From: Candidatus Daviesbacteria bacterium
GTDB taxonomy: Bacteria > Patescibacteriota > Microgenomatia > Daviesbacterales > UBA10151
Length of the DNA: 64,000 bases
Assembly (NCBI GenBank): GCA_016176335.1
Contig: JACOXI010000006.1
Location: 12,788 to 76,787 of the forward strand
Direction: 5' to 3'
Under the pieces are notes generated by a model. The model did no database searches. It was not told where the DNA came from and saw nothing but the letters and a program-made list of their open reading frames with translations. The position numbers and the translations under genes are program-made. This document shows, one piece after another, positions 28,619-37,575 of the stretch; within the stretch, counting starts at the first letter, position 1, and every line of letters begins with the position of its first letter.

Positions 28619-31459
28619 ATGAAATTTCGAGCTGTTTCTTCAAAAGTTAATTTTGCAGAGCTTGAGGAGCAAATCCTAAAGTTTTGGAAAGAAAATAATA
28701 CTTTCGAAAAATCTGTGGAGTCACGGCCGGAGAATAAAAGATGGACATTCTTAGATGGTCCTCCTTTTGTGACCGGTACACCTCACTATGGTTCTCTGCT
28801 TTCCAGTATCCCAAAGGATGTTTTCGGAAGATATTGGACTATGAAAGGGTATAGGGTGAGACGCGTTTGGGGATGGGATGGACACGGACTTCCCATTGAA
28901 AATAAAGTTGAGGTAAAACTTCATATCAAGCGGAAAAAGGACATTGAAGAAAAAATAGGAGTGAAGATTTTTATTGAAGAATGTTTAGTTTACGTAAATG
29001 AGGTTTCTTCCGAATGGGAATGGTATATAGAACATATAGGCAGGTGGGTTGATTTTAAAAATGCCTATAAAACCTGGGATTTGCCATACATGGAATCTGT
29101 GATGTGGGTTTTCAGAAAGATGTATGATAAAGACCTGATATATAAAGGTGTGAGGGTTTCTTTATATTGTCCGCATTGCGCTACCCCAATTTCCAATTTT
29201 GAAGTTGCCATGGACGCGGATAATTATAAAGATGTTACAGAGTCCACGGCAGTTTATAAATACCAGCTAAAAGATGTGCCCCAAACTTATGTTCTGGCTT
29301 GGTCAACAACTCCCTGGAATAAAATTGTTACGCCTGCGCTGGCTGTGAATCCAAAATTAACTTATGTCAAGGTAAGTCAGGGTAAAGAAAATTATATTTT
29401 GGCAAAACCCACGTTGAAAATACTCAAAGATGAACTAAAGTATAAGATTGTAAAGGAATTTAAAGGTAGTGAGTTGGTAGGGAAAGAATTTGTTCCCCAT
29501 TATTCTTTTTACAAAATAGAGCCGGGCAAGAGAGCCTTTATTATTGTTGGTGATGAGTTTGTTACTGCTTTGGAAGGCACAGGTGTTGTGACTTTGGCAG
29601 TTTATGGTGAGGAAGATTTGAAGGTTTTGCAAAGAGAAAATATCCAAATGGTGATGCACTTGGATGAAGAGGGGGTAGTTTTGGATAATGTGGCTCAATT
29701 TGCAGGGTTACATTATCTGGATGCTAATAAAAGGGTATTGGAGGATTTGCAGGAAAGAGGGTTAATTTATAGATTGGATGATTATACTCACTCCGTAGCC
29801 CACTGCTGGAGGTGTGCAACTCGTCTCTACTTCGCACCTAAAGATGCATGGTACGTTAATGTCCAAAAAATAAAACCTCAACTGTTTAAAAATAATGAGG
29901 CTATTAATTGGTTTCCAAAACACTTTAAAACAGGGCGATTTGCCAAAAGCATGGAGGCGGCCCCGGATTGGAACATCTCAAGAAACAGATACTGGGGATC
30001 TCCTGTTCCTGTTTGGGAGTGTGTATGCGGGAAGAGAACAGTGCCGGGTTCTGTTAGGGAACTTGAAGAATTATCCGGTAAAAAGATTACAAATTTACAT
30101 AAACCGGATATTGATGAGGTGGAGATCAAGTGCTCAAGTTGTGGCCAAATGGCCAAAAGAGTTGCGGAGGTGTTAGATTCCTGGATAGAAGCCGGATCAG
30201 CCTCTTTTGCAGAGAGACATTTTCCATTTGAAAAAGATTTAAAGCTGGAGGATTTTTTCCCGCCTGATTTTATTGCCGAATATACAGGTCAAATTAGGGC
30301 CTGGTTTTATGTATTACATGTGATAGGAACAGCGCTATATGATTCGCCTGCTTTTAAAAATGTGTTGGTGGAAGGAGTGATGCTCGGTACTGATGGCAGG
30401 AAAATGAGTAAAAACTACGAAAATTTCCCTGATCCCAGGGAAGTGATGGGCAAGTTCGGGGGAGATGCTTTAAGGCTTTATCTTTTAGGCTCTCCTATTA
30501 TGAAAGGTGAAGATGTAAATTTTTCTAATGATGGGGTACCGGAGACAACAAGAGGGTTTTTGCTAATTTTGTGGAACTGCTATAAATATTTTGTAGATTA
30601 TGCCAATACGTTTGGTTGGAATTGTGACTCTAAGGAAACAGCAGAGGCTAAAGAATCTTTGACGGTTTTGGATAAATGGATTTTAGGCAGATTAACGGAG
30701 TTGGTTTTAGATCTAAAGACAAGCTATGAAAGTTTTGATACTTCAACAATTGTGAAGTTACTTCGGGAATTTATAGTTAATGATTTGTCTACCTGGTATA
30801 TCAGAAGAAGCAGGGATAGAATAAGTGGTGAGAACCAACAAGATAGAAATATCGCATTAAGCGTGCTCTTGGGAGTGTTGGTTACCTATTCCAAACTGTT
30901 GGCTCCAATCGCCCCATTTATTGCGGAAGAAATCTTTAAAAATTTAACAGGGGAGGAATCCGTGCATCTTCAAGATTTTCCGGAAGGTGACAACAGTCTG
31001 CTGGATAAAAATCTTATTGAAGATATGCAGAGAGTCAGAAAAATAGTTGAGGCGGGTCATGCTAAAAGAAAGGCTGCAAGTATAAAGCTTAGACAACCGT
31101 TAGCCTCATTAACATATTCAACGATCGCAAAATTGGAAAAAGATTTAGAACAATTACTGGCTGAAGAATTAAACGTAAAGAAAGTTGAATACAAAAAGTC
31201 CTCGAGCAAAGAACCGACAGTGGAGCTGGATACAAACATTACCCAAGAGTTAAAAGAAGAAGGGATAGCCAGGGATTTAATTAGGGAGATACAGCAGTTA
31301 AGGAAGCAGCAGAATCTGACTTTGGCAGATAAAACAAAGATTACCGCTCCCAATTGGCCGAAAGATTTTGAAAAGCAAATTCTAGTCGGTACAGCTTCTG
31401 TTTCTATTACAAAAGAAGAGAAACTCACTGTTATCAAAGTAGAAAATGGTCAAGCTTAA
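28619..31459 (+). CDS. ileS: Isoleucine--tRNA ligase, eukaryote/archaeal-like type 2
   Basis: GPPFVTGTPHYGS (HIGH variant) and GRKMSKNYENFPDP (KMSK-NYPDP-like). Editing-domain region present. Confidence 0.8.
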   Translation: MKFRAVSSKVNFAELEEQILKFWKENNTFEKSVESRPENKRWTFLDGPPFVTGTPHYGSLLSSIPKDVFGRYWTMKGYRVRRVWGWDGHGLPIENKVEVKLHIKRKKDIEEKIGVKIFIEECLVYVNEVSSEWEWYIEHIGRWVDFKNAYKTWDLPYMESVMWVFRKMYDKDLIYKGVRVSLYCPHCATPISNFEVAMDADNYKDVTESTAVYKYQLKDVPQTYVLAWSTTPWNKIVTPALAVNPKLTYVKVSQGKENYILAKPTLKILKDELKYKIVKEFKGSELVGKEFVPHYSFYKIEPGKRAFIIVGDEFVTALEGTGVVTLAVYGEEDLKVLQRENIQMVMHLDEEGVVLDNVAQFAGLHYLDANKRVLEDLQERGLIYRLDDYTHSVAHCWRCATRLYFAPKDAWYVNVQKIKPQLFKNNEAINWFPKHFKTGRFAKSMEAAPDWNISRNRYWGSPVPVWECVCGKRTVPGSVRELEELSGKKITNLHKPDIDEVEIKCSSCGQMAKRVAEVLDSWIEAGSASFAERHFPFEKDLKLEDFFPPDFIAEYTGQIRAWFYVLHVIGTALYDSPAFKNVLVEGVMLGTDGRKMSKNYENFPDPREVMGKFGGDALRLYLLGSPIMKGEDVNFSNDGVPETTRGFLLILWNCYKYFVDYANTFGWNCDSKETAEAKESLTVLDKWILGRLTELVLDLKTSYESFDTSTIVKLLREFIVNDLSTWYIRRSRDRISGENQQDRNIALSVLLGVLVTYSKLLAPIAPFIAEEIFKNLTGEESVHLQDFPEGDNSLLDKNLIEDMQRVRKIVEAGHAKRKAASIKLRQPLASLTYSTIAKLEKDLEQLLAEELNVKKVEYKKSSSKEPTVELDTNITQELKEEGIARDLIREIQQLRKQQNLTLADKTKITAPNWPKDFEKQILVGTASVSITKEEKLTVIKVENGQA

Positions 31460-32510
31460 GTTGGTTAACTGGCAAATTACCCTGGTCAGTATCCTGATTG
31501 TCAGTATTGGAATTTTGGTAATTTTTTCATCTTCGAAAGAGCTTGCTTTGCAGCAGACAATCTTTTGTATTTTGGGCTTATTGTTGTTTTTTTTAGTTTC
31601 ACAGTTGGATATTCATTATTTGACGAGCTTGAGTAAACCCGCATATTTTTCAGTGGCCTTCCTTTTAATTGTAGTGTTAATTTTGGGAATAGAAACAAGG
31701 GGATCGGTCAGATGGATTCCTTTAGGATTTATCAATATCCAGCCATCCGAATTTGCCAAACCGGTTCTCGTCTTATTTTTGGCGAATTTTTGGTCGACTA
31801 ATTTGCCTACATGGAGAAATATCTGCAAAAGCTTACTTTGGATACTACCCTTTTTTATTTTGATATTCAGACAACCGGATTTAGGTTCAGCATTAACCAT
31901 TGCAGCCATTTGGCTGGGAATGTTAGTCAGTACAAACATCTCTTTGAGAAAAATTATCGTCATGGTGTTAATTGCCTTTTTTGTACTGCCTATCAGTTGG
32001 ACGGCCCTGCGGGATTATCAGAGACAAAGGATTATAAGTTTTATTACTCCTCAATCAGATCCTTTGGGGTACGGTTATAACCAGATTCAATCAACTATTG
32101 CCGTGGGCTCCGGTCAGCTTTGGGGTCGGGGATTGGGAAGAGGGACGCAATCGAGGCTGCAGTTTCTGCCGGAGTTTAGGACTGATTTTATTTTTGCATC
32201 CATTGCGGAAGAATTAGGTTTTTTAGGCTCGACTCTGATTCTTTCTCTCTATCTTTTTCTGATAGGCTATTGTTTGATGCTAACAGGTAAAATAGCTGAT
32301 CCGGCGAATGTCTTGGCCATAGTAGGAGTAGTATCTATGATCTTATTTCAAACCTCCGTCAATATAGGCATGAACATAGGATTACTGCCAATCACAGGTA
32401 TCACTCTGCCGCTTATTTCGTATGGTGGCAGTTCTTTGATTTCAACTTTCATGCTGTTAGGATTGGTTTCATCGGCTTGGAAGTTTGGGAAAAGGGTTGA
32501 CCCCGCTTAG
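31446..32510 (+). CDS. rodA: SEDS-family protein RodA/FtsW paralogue
   Basis: Second polytopic SEDS protein, outside the dcw cluster. Confidence 0.75.
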   Translation: MVKLKLVNWQITLVSILIVSIGILVIFSSSKELALQQTIFCILGLLLFFLVSQLDIHYLTSLSKPAYFSVAFLLIVVLILGIETRGSVRWIPLGFINIQPSEFAKPVLVLFLANFWSTNLPTWRNICKSLLWILPFFILIFRQPDLGSALTIAAIWLGMLVSTNISLRKIIVMVLIAFFVLPISWTALRDYQRQRIISFITPQSDPLGYGYNQIQSTIAVGSGQLWGRGLGRGTQSRLQFLPEFRTDFIFASIAEELGFLGSTLILSLYLFLIGYCLMLTGKIADPANVLAIVGVVSMILFQTSVNIGMNIGLLPITGITLPLISYGGSSLISTFMLLGLVSSAWKFGKRVDPA

Positions 32511-32551
32511 CGGGGTTGACTCCCAATCTCAAGAGAGGTAAAATCATCTCC

Positions 32552-32857
32552 ATGTTAAGTTACGCAGTTTGTGAAATAGGTGGAAAACAATATAAAGTTT
32601 TGCCAAACATTCCCTTTAATGTTGATTACCGGGGAAAGGAAGGTTTGGACATTGAGGCAAACGTCATGCTGTTGGCAAAAGATGGAAAATTGCATCTGGG
32701 AAAGCCCTATCTTAAGGAAAAACTTACTTTAAAATTTGTAGAAAACAAAAAGGGCGCGAAAATTAGAGTCAGCAAGTATCACGCAAAAGCCAATTACAGA
32801 AGGACAACGGGAATAAGGCCCAAATTTACCACCTTGATTTTATCTGTGAAAAATTGA
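32552..32857 (+). CDS. rplU: 50S ribosomal protein L21
   Basis: YAVCEIGGKQYKV...RVSKYHAKANYRRTTGIRPKFT. Confidence 0.9.
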   Translation: MLSYAVCEIGGKQYKVLPNIPFNVDYRGKEGLDIEANVMLLAKDGKLHLGKPYLKEKLTLKFVENKKGAKIRVSKYHAKANYRRTTGIRPKFTTLILSVKN

Positions 32858-32904
32858 AGTATTGACTAAAATTTTCACAACTATTAGAATCAAACCAAAC
32901 ATAC

Positions 32905-33150
32905 ATGGCACATAAAACAGGCGGCGGAAGTACCAGAAAAAATAAAGACTCTATTTCAAAGCGTTTGGGCGTTAAAAAGTATGGTGGGGAAAAAGTTATT
33001 CCGGGCAATATTATTGCTCGGCAAAAGGGCAATAAATTTTATGCGGGAGCCGGCACAAAGCAAGGCAAAGACTATACCATATTTGCCACCATTACCGGCA
33101 AAGTGGAGTTTAAAAAGAGATTAAATAAGACTTTAATTAATGTTATTTAA
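32905..33150 (+). CDS. rpmA: 50S ribosomal protein L27
   Basis: [16 protein letters not shown]...GNIIARQKG. Confidence 0.95.
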   Translation: MAHKTGGGSTRKNKDSISKRLGVKKYGGEKVIPGNIIARQKGNKFYAGAGTKQGKDYTIFATITGKVEFKKRLNKTLINVI

Positions 33151-33153
33151 ATA

Positions 33154-34005
33154 ATGGAAGAATCTATCTACGAGTTGGAAATAGACCTTTTGCAGCCTAA
33201 TCCTTTGCAGCCAAGAGGTTTAATCACCCCCGAATCTTTAGCGGAGCTGGCGGATTCTATCAAAGTACACGGCATACTGGAGCCTTTGGTGGTTGCCAAA
33301 ACACCCGCCGGTTATCAAATAATTGCCGGTGAGCGAAGATGGAGAGCCTCAAAAGTGGTGGGACTCGTCAAAGTACCGGTCATCATCCGTGAAACTACTC
33401 CGCAAGGTATGTTTGAGATGGCAATTGTGGAAAATGTACAAAGAATTGATCTGAATCCCTTGGAGCGCGCACAAGCATACAGAAGGCTGATGGACGAGTT
33501 TGGCTTGACTAATTCGGAGATTTCCGAAAGAGTGTCCAAAAGTCCTTCTTATATCTCCAATACAATCAGACTGCTGACCTTGCCCGATGCCTTAAAAGAT
33601 GCCTTAATGTCCGGTGCCACCACAGAAGGTCATGCAAGGGCCCTGGCTGCTTTGGAAGACCCTCATCTGGTAATTAACGCCTATAAGGAGGTGTTGAAAA
33701 GAAACCTGTCGGTCCGTGGCACGGAAGAGTTAGTCAGAAGATTGAGAGCACAACAGGGGATTGGGCCCAAAAGATCAGCTGTTGTTGAAACAATGCATAT
33801 ATTATCGGAACAGCTGGACAAGGTACAAAACGATCTGACTTCGACTTTGTCAAATAAAGTAGATAAGGCCCAAGTGAAATGTTCACAAACCGGTCAAAGG
33901 GCAAAAGTAGAGCTTGTATTGGAAGGGAATCCGGAAAAAACTACACCTCTCTTGGAGGATATCCGTCAGGCTATTGTCGGATATTTCAACCTTAAAGAGA
34001 ATTAG
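33154..34005 (+). CDS. parB: Chromosome partitioning protein ParB/Spo0J
   Basis: ParB box GILEPLVVAKTPAGYQIIAGERRWRAS. No parA alongside. Confidence 0.9.
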   Translation: MEESIYELEIDLLQPNPLQPRGLITPESLAELADSIKVHGILEPLVVAKTPAGYQIIAGERRWRASKVVGLVKVPVIIRETTPQGMFEMAIVENVQRIDLNPLERAQAYRRLMDEFGLTNSEISERVSKSPSYISNTIRLLTLPDALKDALMSGATTEGHARALAALEDPHLVINAYKEVLKRNLSVRGTEELVRRLRAQQGIGPKRSAVVETMHILSEQLDKVQNDLTSTLSNKVDKAQVKCSQTGQRAKVELVLEGNPEKTTPLLEDIRQAIVGYFNLKEN

Positions 34006-34008
34006 TTG

Positions 34009-34596
34009 CTACTTATTATTTACAAATCCGATACTTTGAGGCGGCCAGTATCTAAAAAAAGCTTTCCCGATGATTTCTTTTTTGGTCACACCTCCCCATT
34101 CCCTTGAATCCGAAGAATGCTGCCGATTATCACCCATAACAAAGTACTGGTCAGGGCCGGCTCTGACTGTTTGACCTTCGGATAAAAAGGAGCCATCTTC
34201 TGTTTTGGTTCCCGCAGGCAAATAGGTTTCATTCATTGCGACATCATTGACAAAGATGGTGTTGTTTTCCAGTCTGATGGTGTCTTTGGGCAGGGCAATT
34301 ATTCTTTTGATGAAGTCTTGTGATTCGTCCCTGGGATTTTTTAAGACAATAACATCTCCCCTTTTAGGAGTGCCAAATCTGTAACTTACTTTTTCCGTAA
34401 TGATGTAATCCCCATTGTGAAAGGTGGGGAGCATGGAGTTTCCGGACACTTTGTGGAATTGGGCAACGAACAAATATATCATGAAAAAAATCGCAACAAA
34501 AACCACAACTGTTTCAATAATTTCTATAAAATAACCGCCTATTTTATCAAAGAAACCTTTCTCTTCTCCGTAGTTTGGATAAGTATTCGGATCCAT
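34009..34596 (-). CDS. lepB: Signal peptidase I
   Basis: GNSMLPTF (catalytic Ser), PKRGDVIVLK and IKRIIALP (catalytic Lys) boxes. Confidence 0.9.
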   Translation of the reverse strand: MDPNTYPNYGEEKGFFDKIGGYFIEIIETVVVFVAIFFMIYLFVAQFHKVSGNSMLPTFHNGDYIITEKVSYRFGTPKRGDVIVLKNPRDESQDFIKRIIALPKDTIRLENNTIFVNDVAMNETYLPAGTKTEDGSFLSEGQTVRAGPDQYFVMGDNRQHSSDSREWGGVTKKEIIGKAFFRYWPPQSIGFVNNK

Positions 34597-34663
34597 GTTT
34601 TTGATTATCTCAAAGGAGTAAGTTGTGACGCAAGAGGGGGGATGTTAAAATTGTGTAAGTTTC

Positions 34664-34735
34664 GGACGGATAGCTCAGTGGTAGAGCGCTGCATTCACAT
34701 TGCAGATGCCGTGGGTTCAAATCCCTCTCCGTCCA
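34664..34735 (+). tRNA. tRNA-Val (anticodon CAC)
   Basis: Cloverleaf folded by hand: acceptor GGACGGA/TCCGTCC, anticodon stem CTGCA/TGCAG, loop TTCACAT, T-loop TTCAAAT. CCA not encoded. Confidence 0.85.
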
Positions 34736-34811
34736 CAGATTAGAATGTCTCAAATTGACTGACAGCTTGCCTGTATTTACAAAAATCACAATCTTTGTTT
34801 GCACTGGGCAT

Positions 34812-35201
34812 TTATCTAGATTTTAATTCTAAATCTTCTTTTTGAAGATCGAACTTTACCACAAATTTATCAAAAAAACCTTTCTGTCCGACAATCCCAT
34901 AAGCAGAACCTCTCATAGACATAAATCCTACTTCAGTTTTATATTCTATTCCCCCTACTTTTATTGAAATATTGTGAAGATAATAAAATTCCGGAAAACC
35001 TGTCAAACCGGAAACTTCTCGACGTTCTCCTTTAACTACATCTATTCGTAAAATTTCAGCAATATGTGCGTCAAATATACAAATATCTGCTCCTGAATCA
35101 ACTAAAACTTCATAAGGAACTTCTGTATCTTGTCTGATAACTTCAATTGGAATTACAGGACGAAGTACTCCGGGGCCGTACTTTTTATATCTAAATTTCA
35201 T
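34812..35201 (-). CDS. Retropepsin-like (clan AA) aspartic protease, small single-domain
   Basis: LVDSGADICIF with D-S/T-G-A catalytic motif and GxxG flap-like region. 129 aa. Confidence 0.7.
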   Translation of the reverse strand: MKFRYKKYGPGVLRPVIPIEVIRQDTEVPYEVLVDSGADICIFDAHIAEILRIDVVKGERREVSGLTGFPEFYYLHNISIKVGGIEYKTEVGFMSMRGSAYGIVGQKGFFDKFVVKFDLQKEDLELKSR

Positions 35202-35395
35202 TGATTAGAACCAACATATGAGGTTAGTTTAGAGGGTAATCTGGTTAAAATAGGTTTATCATAACCCAATTTACGTGCTTTATCCCAGACTAATTTAGCA
35301 GTTCTACCACTTGCCAAAACAGTCTTCTCATCACGCTTTAAAGCTACCCAAAGGCCTTTATATTTTTTATAAATATGCGTCCAGTCAATTGCCAT
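35198..35395 (-). CDS. DUF5678-like small protein (real start probably ATG 35395, not TTG 35401)
   Basis: MAIDWTHIYKKYKGLWVALKRDEKTVLASG... 4-nt overlap with the protease gene. Family assignment from memory. Confidence 0.5.
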   Translation of the reverse strand: MAIDWTHIYKKYKGLWVALKRDEKTVLASGRTAKLVWDKARKLGYDKPILTRLPSKLTSYVGSNQ

Positions 35396-35402
35396 AAGCA
35401 AA

Positions 35403-35433
35403 TAATATCACAATTTTGTAAGTTTTTTGCAAG
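35403..35433 (-). promoter_or_regulatory. Putative sigma70 promoter for DUF5678/protease pair (TTGCAA -35, extended TGnTATTAT -10); start codon ~7 nt downstream, leaderless-type
   Basis: Read on the minus strand: TTGCAAaaaacttacaaaattgTGaTATTATttgcttATG. Confidence 0.45.
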
Positions 35434-35588
35434 TTATTTCAATTATCTAACTCTCTTTTGAGCCAAAAAGTTCTCAAAATAAAAGCTATCTAACGTCAGG
35501 TGTTGGTAATCCAAAGTGCAAAGTCAGTCCACATCGAAAGTGGCTACCCGGATTTATTCTCCTAATTTTTTAATTGGCCAATTATTTT

Positions 35589-36041
35589 TCATTTTCTTTT
35601 TAATGGATCAAGTAAAGTATGCAAAATCATATACGGGATTCTATCTAGCTTTACATATTTAAACATTTTGTAGTTTGCTCTTCTTGCGGTAGAAGAAAGC
35701 TGATATTTCTGAATATTGCCCTTAGCGATGAACGGATAAAATCTTATTTCTCTGCGGAAACCGGCTTTTGTCTCCCATCTAAAGTTTATAAATAAAGGAG
35801 GTGATAGATGTCCCGCTTTTAAAACTTTTTCATAAATGTCCCAACCTGCTCCATAAATTGAAGCCTGTGGTTTATTGCTAACAGTTTTTACCTGAGCACG
35901 GAATAAACAACGTGAACATTGGATATCATACATTGGAAACCCTGCTGGTAGTAAAACTAATTCCTTCCCACAATTTGGACAGGGTATTAGTTCGCAAACC
36001 TCTTTTTCTCCTAAATCTCCTGTGAGTTTGTTATTCGCCAT
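35589..36041 (-). CDS. Zn-ribbon-containing PD-(D/E)xK-like nuclease (hypothetical)
   Basis: N-terminal TGDLGEKEV (Mrr/YraN/Hjc-like G..GE), CPNC...CSRC zinc ribbon, D...AQVK motif. Confidence 0.45.
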   Translation of the reverse strand: MANNKLTGDLGEKEVCELIPCPNCGKELVLLPAGFPMYDIQCSRCLFRAQVKTVSNKPQASIYGAGWDIYEKVLKAGHLSPPLFINFRWETKAGFRREIRFYPFIAKGNIQKYQLSSTARRANYKMFKYVKLDRIPYMILHTLLDPLKRK

Positions 36042-36042
36042 A

Positions 36043-36354
36043 CTATGGTTTTAACCCCCTCCCTGTTTTTGCAGAGGTATACTCAATTTTTGTAGGCGTA
36101 ACCTGTGCTAAAATAGGTGTTGCATCATTTCTTTCTGCACGAGACACCAAATTTTGCCGCTCTCTAGAAGAAAGTCCCGCCGGTTTTCCTAGTCCAGAAT
36201 ATTTAACCTGTGTCATCCACTCTTTGCCGCTTTTCCAGTTGGCAATCACATCAGCAGACCCACGACTTCCCGGTGATTGCTGGACGCTAGCTCCGGCTCT
36301 GCGTAGAGAATTTGCAACTCTATCTTCCGCTTTCAGTCCCTTCACTAATACCAC
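36043..36354 (-). CDS. Hjc-type (archaeal Holliday-junction-resolvase-like) PD-(D/E)xK nuclease-fold protein; catalytic Glu replaced by Gln (QVK)
   Basis: KGLKAEDRVANSLRRAG...GSRGSADVIA...TQVK...TPILAQV aligns with the Hjc motifs. Gly/Ala/Arg-rich and higher GC than the flanks. Confidence 0.55.
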   Translation of the reverse strand: MVLVKGLKAEDRVANSLRRAGASVQQSPGSRGSADVIANWKSGKEWMTQVKYSGLGKPAGLSSRERQNLVSRAERNDATPILAQVTPTKIEYTSAKTGRGLKP

Positions 36355-36692
36355 CCCCTTCCAGTATTAAAAATATTACAATTTGGACATTGCCAATCAG
36401 AATTATTCCCTCTATCTGGATGGTTTTGATTATCAGAAGGATTATAAACATGATACCAGCGACATTCAAGATCAAAAGCACTTTTTGCTGAATTTGAGTT
36501 TTCAAACCAAAAGTGAGTATACCTTCCGGTATTATTATTAACATGCTGATTCAACCGTTGAGCTAAATTAACATCTGATCGACCGACATAATGCCCAGTT
36601 GTTCCATCCCTCGATAAGATATAGGCTCCAGCAGAGACCCAGGATACATAACTATTTACGTTTTGCGTATTTAATTGATATGGACCACTCAT
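36345..36692 (-). CDS. GIY-YIG nuclease domain protein with C-terminal CPNC zinc-finger-like tail
   Basis: GAYIL...GHYVGRSDVNLAQRLNQH...DLECRWYHVYNP matches the GIY/YIG/R/H/E/N signature. Confidence 0.6.
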   Translation of the reverse strand: MSGPYQLNTQNVNSYVSWVSAGAYILSRDGTTGHYVGRSDVNLAQRLNQHVNNNTGRYTHFWFENSNSAKSAFDLECRWYHVYNPSDNQNHPDRGNNSDWQCPNCNIFNTGRGWY

Positions 36693-37354
36693 TAAATTTC
36701 ACCACCTTCCAAGTTTTGCTGAGGTTTAAAAACTCCCACAGCTACACCATCTATATTAAACAATTCGTCCTTAGCAGATTTATCAAAAACTAATGGTTGA
36801 TATTGCGGATTTTCCGGCTCAAGAATTATTTGAGTTCCTGTTTCTTTATAACGCTTAACTGTTGCTCCCTCTCTAGTCCGGGCAACGACTATGGAGTTAG
36901 GGGTAGGTACTGGATTTGGTTCGAATATTATAATGTCCCCATCCTGAATTCGAGGATACATGCTATCACCGACTGCAGTTATGAGATAAAGCTGTCTTTT
37001 GCTATTCTTTCCAAGAAGTCGAAGAGGAATTGGCAACATTTTTTCAGTAAACTCTTCCACTATCTGTTCCATGGGTGGACCACATCTTGCGCTTCCTAGA
37101 AGTGGAAGGAAAGAAACTGCTCCGGTTGCATCCTCTAAAGAATTTACTCGTATAACTTTTCCAGAAGCATCTCTAACGATTAAACCCAAGTTTTCAAGTG
37201 TTTTGATATGGTAAAAAACTGCATTTGGAGATTCAAAACCCAGTTCATCTGCTATATCGCTCATAGATAAAGTACTCCCATGGGCTAGAGCAGAACGTAA
37301 AAGTTCCATAATTTTTTGCTGTGGCGGTGTTAATCCTTTGGATGGCTTTAACAT
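36692..37354 (-). CDS. LexA/CI-like repressor: wHTH plus S24 self-cleaving peptidase domain (second copy in the window)
   Basis: N-terminal LTPPQQKIMELL...ADELGF..., C-terminal GDSM (Ser) ... VKRY (Lys). TAATG overlap with the GIY-YIG gene. The ORF-track TTG start at 37393 is the -35 box. Confidence 0.75.
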   Translation of the reverse strand: MLKPSKGLTPPQQKIMELLRSALAHGSTLSMSDIADELGFESPNAVFYHIKTLENLGLIVRDASGKVIRVNSLEDATGAVSFLPLLGSARCGPPMEQIVEEFTEKMLPIPLRLLGKNSKRQLYLITAVGDSMYPRIQDGDIIIFEPNPVPTPNSIVVARTREGATVKRYKETGTQIILEPENPQYQPLVFDKSAKDELFNIDGVAVGVFKPQQNLEGGEI

Positions 37355-37364
37355 ATCATTGTAT

Positions 37365-37393
37365 ATTTTAGCAATACAACCAAGAAAATGCAA
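37365..37393 (-). promoter_or_regulatory. Promoter of the S24-nuclease operon (TTGCAT-17-TAAAAT) with the palindrome TTGTAT-N9-ATACAA straddling the -10
   Basis: Read on the minus strand: TTGCATtttcttggTTGTATtgcTAAAATATACAAtgatATG. Confidence 0.5.
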
Positions 37394-37575
37394 GGAGCTA
37401 TTTTAAAGTTCTTGAATATTTTTCGTTTGAATACCTATTTCTTTCTCTGCTTCCTGGATTTCTTCCAAAATCTCTTTTGGATCTCGGTGGTTTGTATCTG
37501 ATCCAGATCCTGCTGGTTTGTAGGCACTGGCAGAGAGAATGTAGTTATTTTCTTCTTGGCCTTTTTCTGCTTATT

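Noticed and set aside
37391-37393. The TTG start given by the ORF track for the S24-repressor gene (MHFLGCIAK...)
   Set aside because: That TTG is the TTGCAT -35 hexamer of a well-formed promoter. The ATG at 37354 (MLKPSKGLTPPQQKIMELL...) gives a normal LexA-like N-terminus.
37355-37575. A 56-codon open frame without an ATG/GTG start in the 221-nt spacer between the HNH gene and the S24-repressor gene (minus strand, coiled-coil-like ...EEIQEAEKEIGIQTKNIQEL)
   Set aside because: The only possible initiator is a TTG giving 21 aa. There is no SD or promoter. It is noted only as a possible relic.
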